DNA from: Candidatus Pacebacteria bacterium CG10_big_fil_rev_8_21_14_0_10_44_54
Lineage (GTDB): Bacteria > Patescibacteriota > Microgenomatia > UBA1400 > PJMF01
Assembly (NCBI GenBank): GCA_002772695.1
Contig: PFDI01000001.1
Location: 33,253-97,252, forward strand
DNA length: 64,000 bases
Direction: 5' to 3'
Shown: positions 18,834 through 29,022 of the stretch, one piece after another
Position numbering within the stretch: the stretch's first letter is position 1
How the letters are laid out: every line of letters begins with the position of its first letter
Position numbers and translations under genes: made by a program
The notes under the pieces: generated by a model
Database searches by the model: none
What the model was told of the DNA's origin: nothing
The model's input: only the letters and a program-made list of their open reading frames with translations

Positions 18834-21800
18834 TTACTTAAAGATATTGGAAAAGTTAATCTGTTTTATTGTTCCGTCTACGATCGCTCTAACCCTTGAT
18901 GACTGTGAAAAACCTGCCTCTAATGCCTCGACTATAGCCTCTTGCTCTTCGTCAAAAAGAGTATTTTGTAATCCGTAAATCCATCTTTTTACCTCATTCA
19001 TCTCCTTGCCATTTCTCAGCTGTAAAATTGCGGAAGCGAAAGCAATTACATGAATCACTGCATCACGCACCTTGTCACCATTAAGAAAACCCGCCAAAAT
19101 CTCGGGGCCAAACTCAGGAAGAGTCGTTACAGCATATTTATCTTTTTTCTTTAATCCAGCAAGTTTTGATCTTGGAACACCTGAGACTGCAAAGGTTTCC
19201 TCTTCGGCTTTCAAAATTCCAGCGAGAAAATCATGAATATTTTTTGCATTATTGTAATAAGCTCTTATATCATCTTGCTGTGGCCTTAATGTAGAAAAAG
19301 GCATTAGTTCGTAATACAGCTCGCCATCCTCACCAACATAATCAGAAAAAGAAACCAGTTTACCTAAGTTGCCGTTCTCTTCAGGAGCGAACCTCTGGAA
19401 GCTCCCATCACCATTTCTTGACATAAAATACTTTAGGGGAGGTTGAAATATAGTAAATTTGCCTTGGTCATCTGGTTTAACGTCAATGAGTGGAAGCTCA
19501 ACAAGATACCAAAATCTATCATACAGCCCCTTCTCTATGAATCGTTCTTCGATTTTGCTTCTAACCTCTGAAGGATTGACTAGATTTGAAATAAATGTTT
19601 CTACAACACCTGACTTACCAACCACCTGCTCTGGAGCATCTAATGCATAATTTTTCTCTGCTCCCAACGCTCCAAAAAGCACTCTTGTTATAAAAGTGTT
19701 GTATCCATGAACTCCTTGTAGAATTTCTTTGTCAAGATAGTCTAACCAACGAAATGCATAAAAAATATTATCCGGAACAAACGAGCTACTCGGCGCCAAC
19801 CAAGCTTGATTCAGAAACAACACATGAAGCAAAAATGCTCGTTTAACGTGGTTCTCATTTATTCTGCTCTGGTATTTTTGATTAGTTCTTTCAGGAAGCG
19901 GGCTGCCTTTGCTTTTGGCAATTACAAGATCTTCTTCAAATTTGTTGTCCAATCTTCTTTGTTCTAATATCAACACCGTACGTCTAATTAAATCCATGTT
20001 GAAGTTCAGAGATTGTCCAGTTAGTCCAAACTCATCTTCATGATCTCCTCGATAAATTGCGTCTAAATGCCTCATAACTTGACCATACGCTGTCACGTTT
20101 ACTTCAACTTCTTTCGGGTTTCTGGTTTCCCAATCAGCCATCACAATCTTCCTCTTCTCCAGAACTGGATTTGTTTCAATTTCCTCTCGGTAAAGAACTT
20201 CTGCTGGTTTTCCCACCACACTAGTTGACCTTCTAATAAATTGTTCCGCTTGCTTTCCCTCAATCGCAAACAGATCGCTAAGAGCAAGGGGAAAGTCTTT
20301 AGGCACAACAGAATCGCCCGATCCCCAACCCATAATTCTTGAATTTACGCTTTGTTCTGTTAGATAAACCACCATTCTGAGACCTAAATCTGTTTTAAAC
20401 TCTTCAAAGTCGGCTACAAATTTAGCAGATTCATCTGGATGAATGGCTCCAACAATCCGACTAACTCTTGCAAAAATTCTCTGACCAAAAATAACATCCT
20501 TTACCTCATTTCCAACCAAGGCGACTGCGCCTTTATCATCACCCTCGTATGCGGTCATAGTATTGTTTGCGCACTCCTTTGTCTTTCGATAATCTGCTTT
20601 CAAAACTAATTGCTCAAGATCATTAATAGCGTTTTTGTCAAAACTCCTATCTCTTGCTTGGCGAATCGATTCGTACAAACTATCAAAAGTTTCCAAAGGA
20701 TTGTCTTCTTTTGTCATTAAGTACGGCGCCTCACTCTCAATTTGAGCAATCCTTAAAGATATATCGGAAACAAATTGCTCAAAATTCTCAATATTCTCAA
20801 GTGCCTTATTTCTTAGGTCTTTAAAAAGAGACTTTGCTCGCTCTATTTCAGCAGACAAAAGTGATGTTGTAGTGCTATCTTGTTTTACAAGAATGAGAAG
20901 TGTGTCAATTGCACTACCCAAGCTTTTCTCACGTTCAACAATACTTTGTTTGTCATAAACACCCACTCTCGCACTAAGAATCGCTTCTGCCTGAGCAGCT
21001 TCGCTTCTTAAAGAGATGATTTCATCTGATGCCTCCAAAATCGTTAAAATTTGGGCTTCTAGTTGAGATTTTGCAGTCAAGTATCCAGTTTTCCCTTTTA
21101 TATAAATTTCATTTAGGTGGTCAATTGCTTCAAGCCTATTTCTGACTGAACTAAAAAAACCATAGTCAAGATCTTCTAAATACCTTGAATAAAGTAGTCT
21201 TGCATCAACAAGTTTTTGCGTTAGATTTATTAATGAGTCAAGGTCGCCCACACTTTGCCCAGAAACTTGACTTAATACTTCAACACAAACTTTTTCTAAA
21301 TCTAAAGCAAAAACTGGGTGATCATCTTTTTTCCAGTTAGCTAAGTCAACGACTCCTACTAATTGAGACTCAATTTGAAACTTACTGTCTATTTCTTGAG
21401 CTACAGAGGAAATTGTTGTTCTAAGCTCAACCGAGACACGCTCATCATATTGAAAGTCTCTTATAGTTGCAAGAATTCTAGCAGCAGCTGAGATATCTTT
21501 TTCATCGATAGCAATCCTTATACTTCTTAGCCTGGATTCAATCAGAGTTTGCAATTGCTTTGGCTGCTCAAAATATTCGGACGCAACATTTCTTTGCTCC
21601 GATACTGCGCTTCCATCGCTAGAAACAAGATTTTTTTCTAAAAACTCTGCTATCAATAAATTTAGCAATCCCTCTTCCTCATAAAGTAGTTGTTCAGTTG
21701 TCCAAATCTCGTCCCCGTCCAGCTCTTGAAAAAATCCAAGAGATGCTGCGCCCGCAATTTCATTAAGCTTGTCAAGAATTACTCCTATTCTTTCTGCAAC

Positions 21801-22058
21801 TTGTTGCTGAATGGACTCAAGCAACTGGCCAATATCGCCCCCAGAAAGAAGTTTTTGTGCTGCTGCTGCTGCTGCAATATATATTCTCTTAGTTTCAGGA
21901 AAATCCGTGAGTCCCTCTACAATTTTCCGTTGTGTTGAGTGATCAGTTGTGAGTTGCAAAGAATTAACGGATGCCTCCAATCGCCGCACAGATTCTTCCA
22001 CCAGTTCTCTGCGATCATACTGTCGATGACCTAATACACCAACTTCATTAGTTTCCAT
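18834..22058 (-). CDS. Large hypothetical protein (1074 aa, helical/coiled-coil, AT-rich)
   Basis: Long ORF with TATAAT 7 nt before the ATG; no motif recognised. Confidence 0.7.
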   Translation of the reverse strand: METNEVGVLGHRQYDRRELVEESVRRLEASVNSLQLTTDHSTQRKIVEGLTDFPETKRIYIAAAAAAQKLLSGGDIGQLLESIQQQVAERIGVILDKLNEIAGAASLGFFQELDGDEIWTTEQLLYEEEGLLNLLIAEFLEKNLVSSDGSAVSEQRNVASEYFEQPKQLQTLIESRLRSIRIAIDEKDISAAARILATIRDFQYDERVSVELRTTISSVAQEIDSKFQIESQLVGVVDLANWKKDDHPVFALDLEKVCVEVLSQVSGQSVGDLDSLINLTQKLVDARLLYSRYLEDLDYGFFSSVRNRLEAIDHLNEIYIKGKTGYLTAKSQLEAQILTILEASDEIISLRSEAAQAEAILSARVGVYDKQSIVEREKSLGSAIDTLLILVKQDSTTTSLLSAEIERAKSLFKDLRNKALENIENFEQFVSDISLRIAQIESEAPYLMTKEDNPLETFDSLYESIRQARDRSFDKNAINDLEQLVLKADYRKTKECANNTMTAYEGDDKGAVALVGNEVKDVIFGQRIFARVSRIVGAIHPDESAKFVADFEEFKTDLGLRMVVYLTEQSVNSRIMGWGSGDSVVPKDFPLALSDLFAIEGKQAEQFIRRSTSVVGKPAEVLYREEIETNPVLEKRKIVMADWETRNPKEVEVNVTAYGQVMRHLDAIYRGDHEDEFGLTGQSLNFNMDLIRRTVLILEQRRLDNKFEEDLVIAKSKGSPLPERTNQKYQSRINENHVKRAFLLHVLFLNQAWLAPSSSFVPDNIFYAFRWLDYLDKEILQGVHGYNTFITRVLFGALGAEKNYALDAPEQVVGKSGVVETFISNLVNPSEVRSKIEERFIEKGLYDRFWYLVELPLIDVKPDDQGKFTIFQPPLKYFMSRNGDGSFQRFAPEENGNLGKLVSFSDYVGEDGELYYELMPFSTLRPQQDDIRAYYNNAKNIHDFLAGILKAEEETFAVSGVPRSKLAGLKKKDKYAVTTLPEFGPEILAGFLNGDKVRDAVIHVIAFASAILQLRNGKEMNEVKRWIYGLQNTLFDEEQEAIVEALEAGFSQSSRVRAIVDGTIKQINFSNIFK

Positions 22059-22138
22059 ACCCCAAATTATACCCCAGCCAGACCAGGTGTATCAAGCGCC
22101 CAACCACCAACCACAACTGCAGGTATAATCACCCCCAC

Positions 22139-22534
22139 ATGACTTCGCAATCGACCAACACCACTGCTGACGACTGGATTGCTGCCACCGTCCTACGCGG
22201 CGACCAAACTGGCCGTACTATCAACTTCCCTAGCCTCAATCTAGACGCCGCCCTCTGGCCAAAGGCCCTACAGGCACAACCTGGTGTGTATGCTTCGCTC
22301 GTGCAGATTGCAGGCAGGCGGTACAAAGGCGCGCTCTACTACGGCCCAAGGTTAGTAAAAAAAGAAGTACACAACGTGCTTGAGATCCATGTTTTTGATT
22401 TTGCTGAGGAAATCTATGACCAGACAATCGAGTTTCAGATTGGTGCGTTTGTGCGACCACCCCTAGATTTTGACTCGCTCGATGGGCTCAAGCAGCAGTT
22501 GGCGGAGGATGTGGCGAGGGTTGTGGGCTTATAA
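22139..22534 (+). CDS. Stand-alone riboflavin kinase (RibF C-terminal domain)
   Basis: GDQTGRTINFPSLN, PGVYA, LEIHVFDF...IYD, F.SLD.LK.Q...D. Confidence 0.85.
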   Translation: MTSQSTNTTADDWIAATVLRGDQTGRTINFPSLNLDAALWPKALQAQPGVYASLVQIAGRRYKGALYYGPRLVKKEVHNVLEIHVFDFAEEIYDQTIEFQIGAFVRPPLDFDSLDGLKQQLAEDVARVVGL

Positions 22535-23116
22535 CAAGTGGCGCCAATAATTACCCCTGTCGACCTGTTCAACAGTGCTTCCCGGATATGCGTTCAAGAA
22601 ATCTCGAGGTATTTTTGCAGTTCGTTTTGAACTCCACTTGAACTCAAAGCCTGAAAGCTTTCCGTCTCGTTCTTCAATATAATCTATTTCTTTTTGGTCA
22701 TATGTACGCCAGAAATAGCGATTGCTGAAAATTCTAGAGTGGTTAGCTTTTTTTAGAAACTCAACCACGCAAAAATTTTCCCACAGCACGCCCACATCAT
22801 TGCGCAGCGACAGTGGTGCAAATGCCTGCAAAAGTGCGTTTCTCGCCCCCACATCATAAAAGTAAATCTTCTGTGTTTTGCCGACTTCTTTCCGCAGATT
22901 GCGACTAAATCCGCTCAAAGTAAAAACGACAAACGCTTGCTCTAACACAGAGATATACGACTGTACAGTTCTTCTATCAATACCGATAATTGTTCCTAGC
23001 TCTGCGTATGAAACCTCATTGCCGACTTGCAACGCTAACAGTCGCAACAAATCAATTATCACTTTAGAGCGCTTAACACCCAGATACATCAGTGCGTCTT
23101 TGTAATTGTGACGCAA
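22529..23116 (-). pseudogene. C-terminal fragment of an AAA_14/DUF4143 protein
   Basis: KIYFYDVG, LWENF, FWRTYDQKEIDY, FEFKW; lacks the Walker A half seen in the paralog at 15599. Confidence 0.75.
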
Positions 23117-23119
23117 ATA

Positions 23120-23410
23120 TCAAATAAACCTCAATTGTAATTTTTTATCCATCGCAGATGCAAGCGAAAGCAGTGTGCTAATCGTCGGGTTATAACTGCC
23201 TGACTCAATCTTTGTAATTGTTGTTCTTGGCATAGCAGCTTTTTGCGCCAACTCCGCCTGGGTTAAGCCCAGCTGCTTTCTCAGATCGCGCAATTGCAAA
23301 AGCAAGTCATATCTATAGACCTCATTTGCAACGCGTTCTTCTTGAATTGGGGTAAAATGACCAAATACCTCCGCTAGCGAAATGGCACTCTTCTTTACGG
23401 TTTTCTTCAC
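23120..23410 (-). CDS. XRE-family HTH protein (HigA-like), orphan
   Basis: LRKQLGLTQAELAQKAAMPRTTITKIESG..NPTISTL; GTG start with TTGACA-17-AACAAT and a 9-bp IR (23415-23440). Confidence 0.8.
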   Translation of the reverse strand: MKKTVKKSAISLAEVFGHFTPIQEERVANEVYRYDLLLQLRDLRKQLGLTQAELAQKAAMPRTTITKIESGSYNPTISTLLSLASAMDKKLQLRFI

Positions 23411-23584
23411 TAGTAAATTGTTCCTTAAAAAGAACATTTTGTCAAGAACGCGTAAATTGGTGTCTATAAACTTGCAGAACTCAAGCGGCAGTTGGCGGAG
23501 GATGTGGAGAAGGCTAAACCAACCCAAGATAAAAAAACATCACACTACTAGAAACAATCATCTGTTCAAGCTACACTACAACTT

Positions 23585-24502
23585 CTGAAGTTCAAACAAC
23601 CGCTCCCCACCGGCTCGCTGCTGATCGTCCTCGCCGCAACGCTCTGGGCGCTGGATGGGTTGCTCAGAAGAAGCCTCTACTCACTGCCGCCTATTACCAT
23701 CGTTTTTCTCGAGACACTCATCGGTAGTATTATTCTGTTGCCTGTTTTTGTCCGCCAGCTAAACAAAGAAAAAATCACCCGGCTCGGCCTGGTTCAGGCA
23801 GCGGCGGTGGCTCTCCTCAGTGGTTTGCTTGGCACACTCTGGTTTACGGCTGCGCTGGTTAAGGTCAACTTTATTTCGCTCAGTGTGGTGTTTTTGCTGC
23901 AGAAACTCCAACCACTGTTTGCCATTTCCACTGCGCGGATTTTCCTCAGAGAATCACTGCCAAAATCATTTGTTATTTGGGCCGGAGTCGCCTTGGTGGC
24001 TGCCTATTTTGTCACCTTCCCAGGCGGAGTAGTGAACCTCAACACTGGCGCTGGCACTGCGCACGCTGCCCTCTTGGCCCTGGGTGCCGCGGCGGCTTGG
24101 GGCTCAAGCACAACACTGTCAAAATCTCTGCTTACCAAACAATCTGGTGCCATGAGCACCAGCTTGCGCTTTTTTATTACTACCGCTCTGGCTGGTGGTG
24201 CGCTGTTACTATTTGGACAATCGTCGAGCATTGCTCAAGTCACTCCGCCACAAATAGGCATGCTCACGCTTATCGCAGTCTCGACTGGCATGGTGGCTCT
24301 CTACATCTACTACCAAGGACTCAAGCGGACGCAAGCTAAAGTAGCAACTATTCTAGAGCTTACCTTTCCGCTACTGGCAATTGTTATTGATGCGTTTGTC
24401 TACAAAATCTTCCTCTCGCCAATCCAACTCATTGCTGCTGTAGTATTGCTGTTTGCGATACTGCGGGTGGGGAAAACAAAATTGTTCTTTGATGACTGCT
24501 GA
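23585..24502 (+). CDS. EamA/DMT family transporter
   Basis: About 10 TM helices, LQKLQPLF, LYYQGLK-like motif. The frame extends upstream of TTG 23660 through a first TM (LLIVLAATLWALDG) to CTG 23585. Confidence 0.85.
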   Translation: MKFKQPLPTGSLLIVLAATLWALDGLLRRSLYSLPPITIVFLETLIGSIILLPVFVRQLNKEKITRLGLVQAAAVALLSGLLGTLWFTAALVKVNFISLSVVFLLQKLQPLFAISTARIFLRESLPKSFVIWAGVALVAAYFVTFPGGVVNLNTGAGTAHAALLALGAAAAWGSSTTLSKSLLTKQSGAMSTSLRFFITTALAGGALLLFGQSSSIAQVTPPQIGMLTLIAVSTGMVALYIYYQGLKRTQAKVATILELTFPLLAIVIDAFVYKIFLSPIQLIAAVVLLFAILRVGKTKLFFDDC

Positions 24503-24674
24503 TTGCTCTGGATTTCTATCTCGATCGTGCCGTTTTTCGTCTGAGAAATGATTACTTTGGCGTGATCGAGCTTCAGGGCTCGACGCAGTGCAATGGGGTT
24601 TGCATTAGATTTTTATTTTCCCATTAGATTTCGCATTTCCTGTCATCCCCCACAACCACGTATAATCACAAGGT

Positions 24675-27600
24675 ATGGCGGATTCTGATAGAGATCAAAC
24701 TACCACAACAACGGGATCTGATTTAAAAGACCAAGCTCGACAAGCATTTGGCTCGATTTTTTCATCAGCAAACATCATTCCACTCGACAAGGTTAAGCGC
24801 CTTGGTGTGTATAGGCCAGAAGAACGACCGCAGCTGGCAGCTGTCTTTGATCGACTCACCAAATTTATAAATGCACAGTATCGCTTGATAGATAACCAAA
24901 AAATAATCATTAGGTTGCTCGATCAAGGCGCGGTAGAGTTAACTACCGAAGACCAGCGACAATACAGTGAAGTACCAGAAGCAGAGCGACGCACTCGCCT
25001 CTTTATGGCCGACCTCATTCAGCTTGCCAGTGACATCGGTAAAACACTCTGGAGCTGGGAACAAAGCGAACAATTGCGCGAATTTGGCGAGGTTGATGAG
25101 TGGTATTGGCTCAAAGAGCTCGGCGAAGAGGCTGGTACTAACCAGATTTCAAATTTTTTTGCTAAAGAAAAAATTGCCAAACTGCAACGCGAGCTCTTCG
25201 CTGATATTTGGCATGCATTCAAAGTCGGCGAACCAGAACCAACTGACGAACCAGCGGCAGCTGTCCCCGATGCTTCTGGCGCTACAGTCCCTGGCGAAAA
25301 ACTCGAAGCAATAACAGCTGCCTATGCTGCGAGTGGTAAGGGAGGAGATTCCGACGCTCAAACAGATACAAGCGAAACAGTGACGGCCAAAGAAAGAACT
25401 CCTGCAGAGGAGCTTGGTATTAGAGAGCGGCAAATAGAGCAACAAACCCTACTTATCAAACTACAACAAGAACTCTTTGAAAATATTGTTGGGGACCTAA
25501 CCACAAAAGAGATCGATCAGATGTGGAGTGATCTCGAACCTGGTTTGATCGCAGAAATTACTGATTTTTTTGCTACTCACCCCGAATTGCGAGAAAAGTT
25601 GGCTGTGGCATCGGCTGGTGACAGTCTAGTTCGAAGCGAAATTTATCAACAATTTTTACTTGCTTTACACACAAATGCAAATCTTATAAATAGGTTGACG
25701 CAAATGTATACAGCAGCCAGCGACCGAGCGGTGGTTGTCGGCCCTAATCGAGCTGTTGAACTAGAAAAAAGCCTCAAGCAAGCTGTAGATATTCTCGGAG
25801 AGAACCAAGTTTCGCGGATTATCTCTCATATTGAACAAACAGCGACAATTGCCCAAATCCCCAAGACAAAACCTGCTCCAATTACTACCGAAGCTTCGCC
25901 GCTTGACCAACAAGTATTGCTAGAACCCGAGAGCAAACTGCAGAAGTCTGCTTTTGAGTACCTCACTTCACACGCAGAGTACGAAATATTTCGCAAAACG
26001 CGCATTTTTTTGCACCAGCTTTCGCCAGAGCTTGATCTATCTGCCCAAAACATTCACACAGCGATTGCCGAATTTGCCCGACAAGAGACACTTAGCCTAA
26101 CCACCACCCAACTTCGTTTGGCCCAAGCAGATCCAGCATATCTCAGATCACTTTACGAGCGCTTTGCCAGCAACCTACAGAGACAATATCCAGAAATTAC
26201 CAATTTTCTCATCGACTATGGCTGGTTTATTTCTCAGACAAGCCCCGCTGAGGCAGCCCAGTTTGAACATATCTACCGCAATGGCATTTTGGGCAAAACA
26301 CTGTCTGCCAAAGATGCGCTCAAAACAGAGTTGCAAAATACCCTCAAGGGTGCTGCAACTGCCGTAGTCATCGAAAACACGATCACAACCATCGACGCGA
26401 TGATTCTTGAGTTTGGGGACAAGGCGCCAGAGTTTGTGGAGAGCATATCTATCGATCGACTTGAGCTCGCTTTTGGTCTAGCCAGCGGCACGCTGACAAG
26501 CGAAACAGCTCCGCTCTTTCTGACAACTTTGCGCGGTCAAATGCAGTTGCGTCTCACAGAACTGCGCATGGCTGGTAATCCAGAATTTTTGGCAGCTGGT
26601 GGTTTCCAGGGCGGCGTGCTACCAACCACACCAAAACAAACTGAGACTGTGTTGGCGGCAGTACCACTGTCAAGACAACTGCTAACCACCACACAATCAG
26701 ACACAGAAACAACAATAGCAGCCCTCGGTGCCCCGACGAAGCCTGTTGAAAAAAACCATGCTGCTTGGTGGAGTTCACTGCCCAAGGACGCACAGCTGCA
26801 AGTGTACGCGAAACTCATGGGTTCTGCAGCAGCTGGTGAGTATGCTGCGTTTAGCGCCGTGCCGTTCCCAGATAAATTGTCTGCCTTGAGCAATACTGAG
26901 ATTCGCAAAATGTTGGTTGGAATTTGGTCTGAGTCTCCCCAATTAACGCCAGATCAAACAGCACAATTTCAAACAATTGATCGTGAGCTTGAAACACTCG
27001 ATCGCCTCGTCATTGCACAAGTCAAAACAGCTGAGCTACACAAACAAGTTGTGGCGGCAATCATGCAAGACATCAAGGATGAACAAGCAGCAATAATTGC
27101 TGCTCAACTTGGTCTGCAGGTTGCAGAAAAGGCTTCGGCTCAAGCAACAATTATCGCAGCGGTCAATTCTGGCCAAGCTCCGATTCCAGCTCAAAATCTG
27201 GTAACCATGAATGAAGCACTGGTGCAAGGCGGCTCAAATGCTTTAGTAGGTGCTGATCCGTATGCTAGCAATTTTGCGCAACAATTTGCTGGTCGAGCTG
27301 GTTCGCTTGCGAGCTCGCTGCGATCTGCAGCTATGGAAAAACTCAAAAAAAAGTTGGCAGGCAATCTTTTGAAAGGAGCTGCTACGAAAGCAGGGCTGGC
27401 TGCAACCGGTGTTGGCCTGCCTGCTGCAGCAATTCTCACGCTGCTACAGAATAAAACAGCAAGAAAAATTGTGCTTGGTGGTGGAGCTCTGCTTGTTGCA
27501 AAAACACTATATTCATTGACGACATATGGTGGAGCTCTCGGAGCCATAGCTGGGGGGCTTATTGGAGGACCGATTGGCGCACTGATTGGAGCAAATGTTG

Positions 27601-29021
27601 GGGCAATGATTCCTGGCCTTGGAGGTCAATGGACTGGCCTAATGGGCTGGACTCCCCATGCTCCCACTTCACCATTCTCTACTTCTGGCAGCACCGCCGG
27701 AAGCTTGTCGTCATCGGGTACTAGTTCGCTTCGAGCGCTCAGATCAGAGGGCGCTGCAAACTCAAGCACTGCCGCGCATTCCGTCTCGAGTACTGGAGGA
27801 GAGTCGTTTTCTGCCGCCAACCAAACTGCAACAGCGGCGACACCGGCTTCGGGTAGCACTTTTGTCCAAGGCGACCCAACGGCCGCCACAACCGCAGCAG
27901 GCTCCTCGTCTCTTACTGGATTACTTGGTGCTACTACCGCCACAGTTGTTGCCACCGCTGCCCCTCTTCTCGGTATTGGAGTTGGCTTATTTTTATCAAT
28001 TCAAGTTTTGTTTATAATTTACGGCGCATTTTTGGTTGATGTGCCATCGGAGGGTCTGGGTGGTCCAACTGCAGAACTTTCAAAGTATGCCACACTCACC
28101 AAAAAAGCTAATCCCAATACGCTTCCCATTAATATTCCAAGCGAGGTAACATATACAGTTGAATTTGCCCCGAAAAGCAAATACCGTCTGCAGATCACTC
28201 GGGTTGAAGATGTTTTCTCATATCAGGGCTGTGATAAGACTCAAGCTAATAGTTGCGACCTTAGCCTTGAATCACCTCTCGAACTTGGATCGTTTCCCAC
28301 CGAATCTATAACTAGCCCTGCAGAGGTAGGCTATTCGGTCACAATAAATGGTAGTGATGTTATGGTCATCAATTCACTCACTATCACCTTTGATGTGTAT
28401 GATTCTGCGGGCACCAAGCTTGCCACCAATGAAAGTATTACGGCGCTAGAGTCAGTTGTTGTCGGCAATCCACAGGTGGGTTGCTTTGTGCCTGGAGAGT
28501 CGGGGGAGGCGTTTATAACTAATTTCGGAACAATCTATTCTATGTCGTGGAACGACAAAAACTCTGCTAGTGACTTTAACAAAATTTTATCTGCTTATAG
28601 CAATACTGTTGGAGCCAACGAACAATTTACCAACTTGCTTTGCGCCAAAGGGCCTATCACTCTTTATAGACTTGATAAAAACCCCAATAACTACTATGGC
28701 TGGGCCATGGGATATAGCAAAATTGGTTTTTACGCAGATACGTTTAACAATGTAGTTGGTACCGAATACACACTTGTTCACGAACTAGGACACATCATTG
28801 ATTATCGCAACGCAGGGCTGCGCGCTTCTTTTACCACACTACTTCCCAGAAATCTCTATGCCTGTTTTGATTATCCTGGAAGCACTTGTTCGGATGGTGA
28901 GGCATTTCCCGAAGCTATTGCTCGCTATGCTACAAATTATAAAAACTACAACTTAAAACAAAAACACCCCAAAGTACACACTTGGCTTAAAAATAACATC
29001 TTTGGGGGTATAGAATATTAA
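24675..29021 (+). CDS. Giant membrane-anchored protein with glycine zipper and C-terminal zincin metallopeptidase domain
   Basis: GGALGAIAGGLIGGPIGALIG zipper, S/T/A-rich linker, TM helix, HELGH (28779-28793) and downstream EAFPE. Confidence 0.7.
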   Translation: MADSDRDQTTTTTGSDLKDQARQAFGSIFSSANIIPLDKVKRLGVYRPEERPQLAAVFDRLTKFINAQYRLIDNQKIIIRLLDQGAVELTTEDQRQYSEVPEAERRTRLFMADLIQLASDIGKTLWSWEQSEQLREFGEVDEWYWLKELGEEAGTNQISNFFAKEKIAKLQRELFADIWHAFKVGEPEPTDEPAAAVPDASGATVPGEKLEAITAAYAASGKGGDSDAQTDTSETVTAKERTPAEELGIRERQIEQQTLLIKLQQELFENIVGDLTTKEIDQMWSDLEPGLIAEITDFFATHPELREKLAVASAGDSLVRSEIYQQFLLALHTNANLINRLTQMYTAASDRAVVVGPNRAVELEKSLKQAVDILGENQVSRIISHIEQTATIAQIPKTKPAPITTEASPLDQQVLLEPESKLQKSAFEYLTSHAEYEIFRKTRIFLHQLSPELDLSAQNIHTAIAEFARQETLSLTTTQLRLAQADPAYLRSLYERFASNLQRQYPEITNFLIDYGWFISQTSPAEAAQFEHIYRNGILGKTLSAKDALKTELQNTLKGAATAVVIENTITTIDAMILEFGDKAPEFVESISIDRLELAFGLASGTLTSETAPLFLTTLRGQMQLRLTELRMAGNPEFLAAGGFQGGVLPTTPKQTETVLAAVPLSRQLLTTTQSDTETTIAALGAPTKPVEKNHAAWWSSLPKDAQLQVYAKLMGSAAAGEYAAFSAVPFPDKLSALSNTEIRKMLVGIWSESPQLTPDQTAQFQTIDRELETLDRLVIAQVKTAELHKQVVAAIMQDIKDEQAAIIAAQLGLQVAEKASAQATIIAAVNSGQAPIPAQNLVTMNEALVQGGSNALVGADPYASNFAQQFAGRAGSLASSLRSAAMEKLKKKLAGNLLKGAATKAGLAATGVGLPAAAILTLLQNKTARKIVLGGGALLVAKTLYSLTTYGGALGAIAGGLIGGPIGALIGANVGAMIPGLGGQWTGLMGWTPHAPTSPFSTSGSTAGSLSSSGTSSLRALRSEGAANSSTAAHSVSSTGGESFSAANQTATAATPASGSTFVQGDPTAATTAAGSSSLTGLLGATTATVVATAAPLLGIGVGLFLSIQVLFIIYGAFLVDVPSEGLGGPTAELSKYATLTKKANPNTLPINIPSEVTYTVEFAPKSKYRLQITRVEDVFSYQGCDKTQANSCDLSLESPLELGSFPTESITSPAEVGYSVTINGSDVMVINSLTITFDVYDSAGTKLATNESITALESVVVGNPQVGCFVPGESGEAFITNFGTIYSMSWNDKNSASDFNKILSAYSNTVGANEQFTNLLCAKGPITLYRLDKNPNNYYGWAMGYSKIGFYADTFNNVVGTEYTLVHELGHIIDYRNAGLRASFTTLLPRNLYACFDYPGSTCSDGEAFPEAIARYATNYKNYNLKQKHPKVHTWLKNNIFGGIEY

Positions 29022-29022
29022 T

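Larger units (their letters stand above)
22487..23507 (+). repeat. 28-bp direct repeat (22487-22514 and 23480-23507) of the riboflavin kinase 3' end bracketing a ~1-kb insert
   Basis: ctcaagcagcagttggcggaggatgtgg vs ctcaagcggcagttggcggaggatgtgg (1 mismatch). Confidence 0.85.
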
